This document shows positions 44,450 to 47,560 of a DNA stretch of 47,560 nt, one piece after another. The stretch lies in IMG/VR virus record IMGVR_UViG_3300022177_000082, positions 1 to 47,560 of that record, one strand, 5' to 3'. Under the pieces are notes generated by a model. The model saw nothing but the letters and a program-made list of their open reading frames with translations. It had not been told where the DNA came from and did not search any database. The DNA comes from a virus. Lineage: Duplodnaviria > Caudoviricetes. Position 1 is the stretch's first letter. The number at the start of each line of letters is the position of its first letter. The position numbers and the translations under genes are program-made.

Positions 44450-45351
44450 TGGCGACCCGGATCTATTTCCATGGCCCCGGTTCCTATAACGAGATTGTCC
44501 CCTCGATTGCACCGGCCTTTAGTTCTTCATGGGAGGGCGTTCAGGGGGGCGCTAATCCCAACCGCAGGTTCTGCTCACTGGTCAAGCGCAGCTCGGTATC
44601 AGGCACGGCGGGCAATTATAGCGGATTTGAGACGTCAACCACCTCCCCCTATGACGTGGGCATCCTGCAGTTCATCAGCGACCGGCTGGCGGCCCAGACC
44701 ATTTCCGGCACGGTCAAGGGGCAGTTACGCTGCTATGAAGGCAACGCCGACGCCGACTACTGCGCCGCGGTGGTGATCCGGGTGGTGTCGGCGGACGGCC
44801 AGACGGTCCGGGGGACCCTGCTGTCCTATTTCCCGGGAAGCCTGACCTCGGAATGGGCCACCACCTTCACGAACCGGCAATTCCCGCCGTCCACGGCACT
44901 GGGCGAGGTGGTCTGCCAGGCCGGCGACCGCCTGGTGATCGAGGTCGGGTTCCGGTCCTTCAACACCCACAACACCTACCGGCTGGGCTATGTGCACCTG
45001 AACGACACCGCGGCCACCGATCTGCCGGAGGACGAGACCACCACCACGGAGTACGCCCCCTGGATGGAGTTCAGCCAGACGCTGAACTTCATCAACGACG
45101 TTCTGGCCTCCCAGGTCATGGCCCAGGTAGAGCACACCATCCCGGGGCTCATCAAGGCGTCCCAGGTCTTTTTGCAAGTGGAGTACACCCCGGGGACCGA
45201 GATCGTGGCGACGCCGGGCCTCAGTGAGCTGGCCCTGGCCCCGTTGACGGCCCAGGGGGTGAACATCACCTATCGACAGTTCCCCTTGCTTCCCGGGGAG
45301 CGCTTGGGGCAGACCCAGCTCGGGAAGCGCAAGTTCCCGGTGATCGTGTAG
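44449..45351 (+). CDS. Virion/tail-associated protein
   Basis: 300 aa, TGATG coupling; 'AGDRLVIEVG'. Confidence 0.6.
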   Translation: MATRIYFHGPGSYNEIVPSIAPAFSSSWEGVQGGANPNRRFCSLVKRSSVSGTAGNYSGFETSTTSPYDVGILQFISDRLAAQTISGTVKGQLRCYEGNADADYCAAVVIRVVSADGQTVRGTLLSYFPGSLTSEWATTFTNRQFPPSTALGEVVCQAGDRLVIEVGFRSFNTHNTYRLGYVHLNDTAATDLPEDETTTTEYAPWMEFSQTLNFINDVLASQVMAQVEHTIPGLIKASQVFLQVEYTPGTEIVATPGLSELALAPLTAQGVNITYRQFPLLPGERLGQTQLGKRKFPVIV

Positions 45352-45362
45352 GGAGGTAGCCC

Positions 45363-45788
45363 ATGGCCAATGTGATCTTCAACGGCTTCAAGCAGTACGT
45401 CATGGACGGGACCATCGACCTGGTCAATGACACCATCCGCTGCGCCCTGTTCACCAATGCCTACACCCCGGATCAGGACGCACAGGATAACTGGGGCGAT
45501 CTCTCCGGGGAGGCCTCCGGGGGCGGTTATACCTCCGGGGGCCAAGCCCTCAGCGGGAAATCCGTCACCCATGACGACGCCGCGGACAAAGGGATCTTCG
45601 ACACCGATGACGCGGAGTGGCCCGGGGCGACCCTGGTGAACGTCCGGTGGGCAGTGCTCTACAAGGACGCGGCCGCAGCCGCGGACCGAAAGCTCATCGG
45701 CGCCTGGGACCTGGGGGCGGATCAAAGCCCCACCAATGTCAAGTTTCGGGTGCAGTGGAACGCGGCGGGGATTCTGACTTTATCGTAA
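45363..45788 (+). CDS. Conserved phage tail-associated protein
   Basis: 'IDLVNDTI..AL', 'GYTSGGQAL', 'WNAAGI' motifs common in siphophage proteins. Confidence 0.7.
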   Translation: MANVIFNGFKQYVMDGTIDLVNDTIRCALFTNAYTPDQDAQDNWGDLSGEASGGGYTSGGQALSGKSVTHDDAADKGIFDTDDAEWPGATLVNVRWAVLYKDAAAAADRKLIGAWDLGADQSPTNVKFRVQWNAAGILTLS

Positions 45789-45803
45789 GGAGGCGTGGAT
45801 CAT

Positions 45804-46259
45804 ATGGATTTATCGGCTTTCAAGGGAAATCGCACGTATCTGCTTATGTTGGCCAATATGGTTTGTGTGATTCTGGAAAACTTCGGGATAATTCCCGAAG
45901 GGACCTGGGCCAAAGTAACAACGGTGCTTGTCTCTTTGGGCCTCATGGCGACCCGGGCCGGCAGCAAGAACGACGCCGCCAAAGTGGAAGCGGCCCTCTC
46001 CTCTTTTTCTACCGGAGGCCTCACGCCAAACAGCGATAATATCCTGGCCTCTTTGGGGACTGTCGTGGAGGAATACAAAACGGCGAAGGTCCGGATGGAT
46101 CAGCTTAAGGCGGTGATGATAGGATTGTCAGAGGAGCAGAACATCGTCCGGCCGGCTATAATTCCGGAATCGCAAAAGGCTCCAGCGGCAACGGAGTCAT
46201 CAGTTCCCTCGACTCCTTCTATACCAGCCACGCAAAATGAATCACCAGGAGGGGCTTAA
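45804..46259 (+). CDS. Putative holin
   Basis: 'FKGNRTYL' start, two TM helices; AAGGAGG RBS. Confidence 0.55.
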   Translation: MDLSAFKGNRTYLLMLANMVCVILENFGIIPEGTWAKVTTVLVSLGLMATRAGSKNDAAKVEAALSSFSTGGLTPNSDNILASLGTVVEEYKTAKVRMDQLKAVMIGLSEEQNIVRPAIIPESQKAPAATESSVPSTPSIPATQNESPGGA

Positions 46260-46262
46260 TGG

Positions 46263-46613
46263 ATGACTATTTTGGGCGAGAAGAAACAAATCGAGGGCTG
46301 GACCTGCCGCGGCTGGATGTCCCATGAGAGAATGAGCGAGATCGTTGATTTTCTTATCCGCTCCATAGGCATGGAGCCGGGCAGGGAATGCCGCATAGAT
46401 CACTATCCATACAAAGGCAAGGGCGGCGCAGGTTATACGTTATATCAGCCTCTAACCGATAGTTGGGCTGTGGCTGACATCTATACGGATCTGAATCAGA
46501 CCAAATTTACCCTGGCCTCGTGTAAGCCGTTTCAGAATGAAATTGTCTGTGATCTTTTGGAAGTATTGATCGGCCCTGTGATCCGGATATTGTCTCGGGA
46601 TGGATTTCTCTGA
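46263..46613 (+). CDS. S-adenosylmethionine decarboxylase (SpeD)-like protein, divergent
   Basis: 'GYTLYQPLTDSW...SCKPF' aligns by eye with G.T...ESH...(S/T)C of pyruvoyl AdoMetDCs. Confidence 0.6.
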   Translation: MTILGEKKQIEGWTCRGWMSHERMSEIVDFLIRSIGMEPGRECRIDHYPYKGKGGAGYTLYQPLTDSWAVADIYTDLNQTKFTLASCKPFQNEIVCDLLEVLIGPVIRILSRDGFL

Positions 46614-46965
46614 GGACTATGGCGTCATGGAATCATTGCGAGAACATGCTGAAATTATCATCACGGTTATGGGCATTATTATAAGTGGATTGGTGACGGC
46701 GGCGTATCGGGATTTTGTGCGATGGCGTAAAAACTTGCGGACTGATTCAATCCAATGGAGAAAAGAATTACAGGAAAAAATGGAAGAATTTATGAAGGCC
46801 CATCATGAATGCCAAAAAGGGCTTCCTCATATTTATCAAACCAAAGCCGATTTCCAGAAATGGGCCGATGAATTACACGAAGACCGTAAAGCCCGGTGGG
46901 ATAATTTGAGCAACACTATCAACAGGATATTTGACAAAATTGAAAATCATAGCCATGGGTATTAA
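46600..46965 (+). CDS. Single-TM coiled-coil protein, possibly lysis accessory
   Basis: N-terminal TM followed by a charged helical tail. Confidence 0.6.
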   Translation: MDFSEDYGVMESLREHAEIIITVMGIIISGLVTAAYRDFVRWRKNLRTDSIQWRKELQEKMEEFMKAHHECQKGLPHIYQTKADFQKWADELHEDRKARWDNLSNTINRIFDKIENHSHGY

Positions 46966-47026
46966 TGCGTGGCGTCATCTTAAAACTGATTGCGGAGGCG
47001 CTATCGAACTCATACCGGGCAGAAAA

Positions 47027-47050
47027 TAGTCGTGCTTTCAGTCGTGCTTT
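47027..47050 (+). repeat. Tandem arm-type site (copy 3) near attR
   Basis: TAGTCGTGCTTT-CAGTCGTGCTTT. Confidence 0.75.
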
Positions 47051-47173
47051 TATTTCTCAGGAAAATTATATCCGCATAAATAGGGCAATTTTGCACCCGC
47101 CACAAGAGCACAAAATTATGTTAAATTGCATTAATTCTATTAATATTATTACAAAAACAATCAATGGGGGATA

Positions 47174-47220
47174 GACTACGAATCCGTGTGTCGGGAGTTC
47201 GAATCTCTCTGGGCGCGCCA
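47174..47220 (+). repeat. attR core (displaced 3' part of tRNA-Arg)
   Basis: 47-bp identity with 4615-4661. Confidence 0.95.
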
Positions 47221-47227
47221 GAAATAT

Positions 47228-47270
47228 CAAGGGGTTGGAGACTATTTGGTTGCCAACCCCTTGGCTTTTT
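47228..47270 (+). terminator. Hairpin/terminator after attR
   Basis: caaggggttgg...ccaaccccttg followed by cttttt. Confidence 0.65.
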
Positions 47271-47304
47271 GGGCAAAGTTTCACAAAACTTTCCCAACGG
47301 TTTT

Positions 47305-47424
47305 TTAGGCCGGACTTGCAGCCAGATTGTTCAGCAGGTTTACAGATTCCTGAAGGCGGCCGGGGGAGAGGTGCGCATAGCGCATGGTCATCTTGATGTC
47401 AGAGTGGCCCAAAAGCTTATGCAT
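47305..47424 (-). pseudogene. Tyrosine integrase C-terminal remnant
   Basis: 'LLGHSDIKMTMRYAHLSPG' nearly identical to the left integrase; no HxxR motif upstream in this frame. Confidence 0.75.
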
Positions 47425-47560
47425 GCTTTTCGGCCAGTGGAGCGCCCGGAAGGGCTTCAAGGACTTGGTGTTCAGTCTCAACCGGCACGTCCGCAAGTTC
47501 TACCACCTGGGCTTGGCCGCAGTGAAGCGTTCCACCCTGGCCGACGCCAATGAACAGTAG

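Larger units (their letters stand above)
4615..47220. mobile_element. Complete temperate prophage (~42.6 kb) integrated in tRNA-Arg
   Basis: att direct repeats; integrase, immunity, replication, packaging, head, tail and lysis genes are all present with no obvious frameshifts. Confidence 0.95.

Noticed and set aside
26482-44512. Many long minus-strand ORFs across the structural operon (e.g. 26482-27768, 31985-33541, 40903-42408)
   Set aside because: Antisense shadows caused by GC-ending codon bias; the plus-strand genes have recognisable motifs and coupling.
41518-46965. Diversity-generating retroelement or invertase-driven fibre switching
   Set aside because: No reverse transcriptase, no template/variable repeat pair and no serine invertase seen.
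47164-47220. Second intact tRNA
   Set aside because: Lacks the 5' acceptor strand and D arm; it is the attR fragment.

Overview
Most of the window is an apparently complete ~42.6 kb temperate, long-tailed (siphovirus-like) prophage integrated in a tRNA-Arg(ACG) gene, with an identical 47-bp att core at 4615-4661 and 47174-47220. It has a tyrosine integrase and excisionase, cI/cro/cII-like immunity genes, a P4-type primase-helicase followed by an iteron array, a lambda-like cosQ, Nu1/GpA terminase, portal and S49 protease, a Mu gpT-like capsid, a frameshifted tail chaperone, tape measure and tail genes. Left of the tRNA is the end of a second, satellite-like element (Prim-Pol plus integrase); right of attR is a related integrase remnant. 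The most striking feature is a pair of inverted, paralogous Bro-N antirepressor-like cassettes (4757-6768 and 24204-26079). Each has a C4-like structured antisense RNA whose recognition sequences differ between the copies and co-vary with their own two target sites, which suggests two orthogonal RNA switches in one prophage. Other accessory items are a BrnTA toxin-antitoxin pair, a DUF1828-like two-gene candidate defence module, an atypical SAM-decarboxylase-like gene, an endolysin located in the early region and a nested antiparallel ORF pair. All product calls are from motif recognition by eye; no database searches were run.
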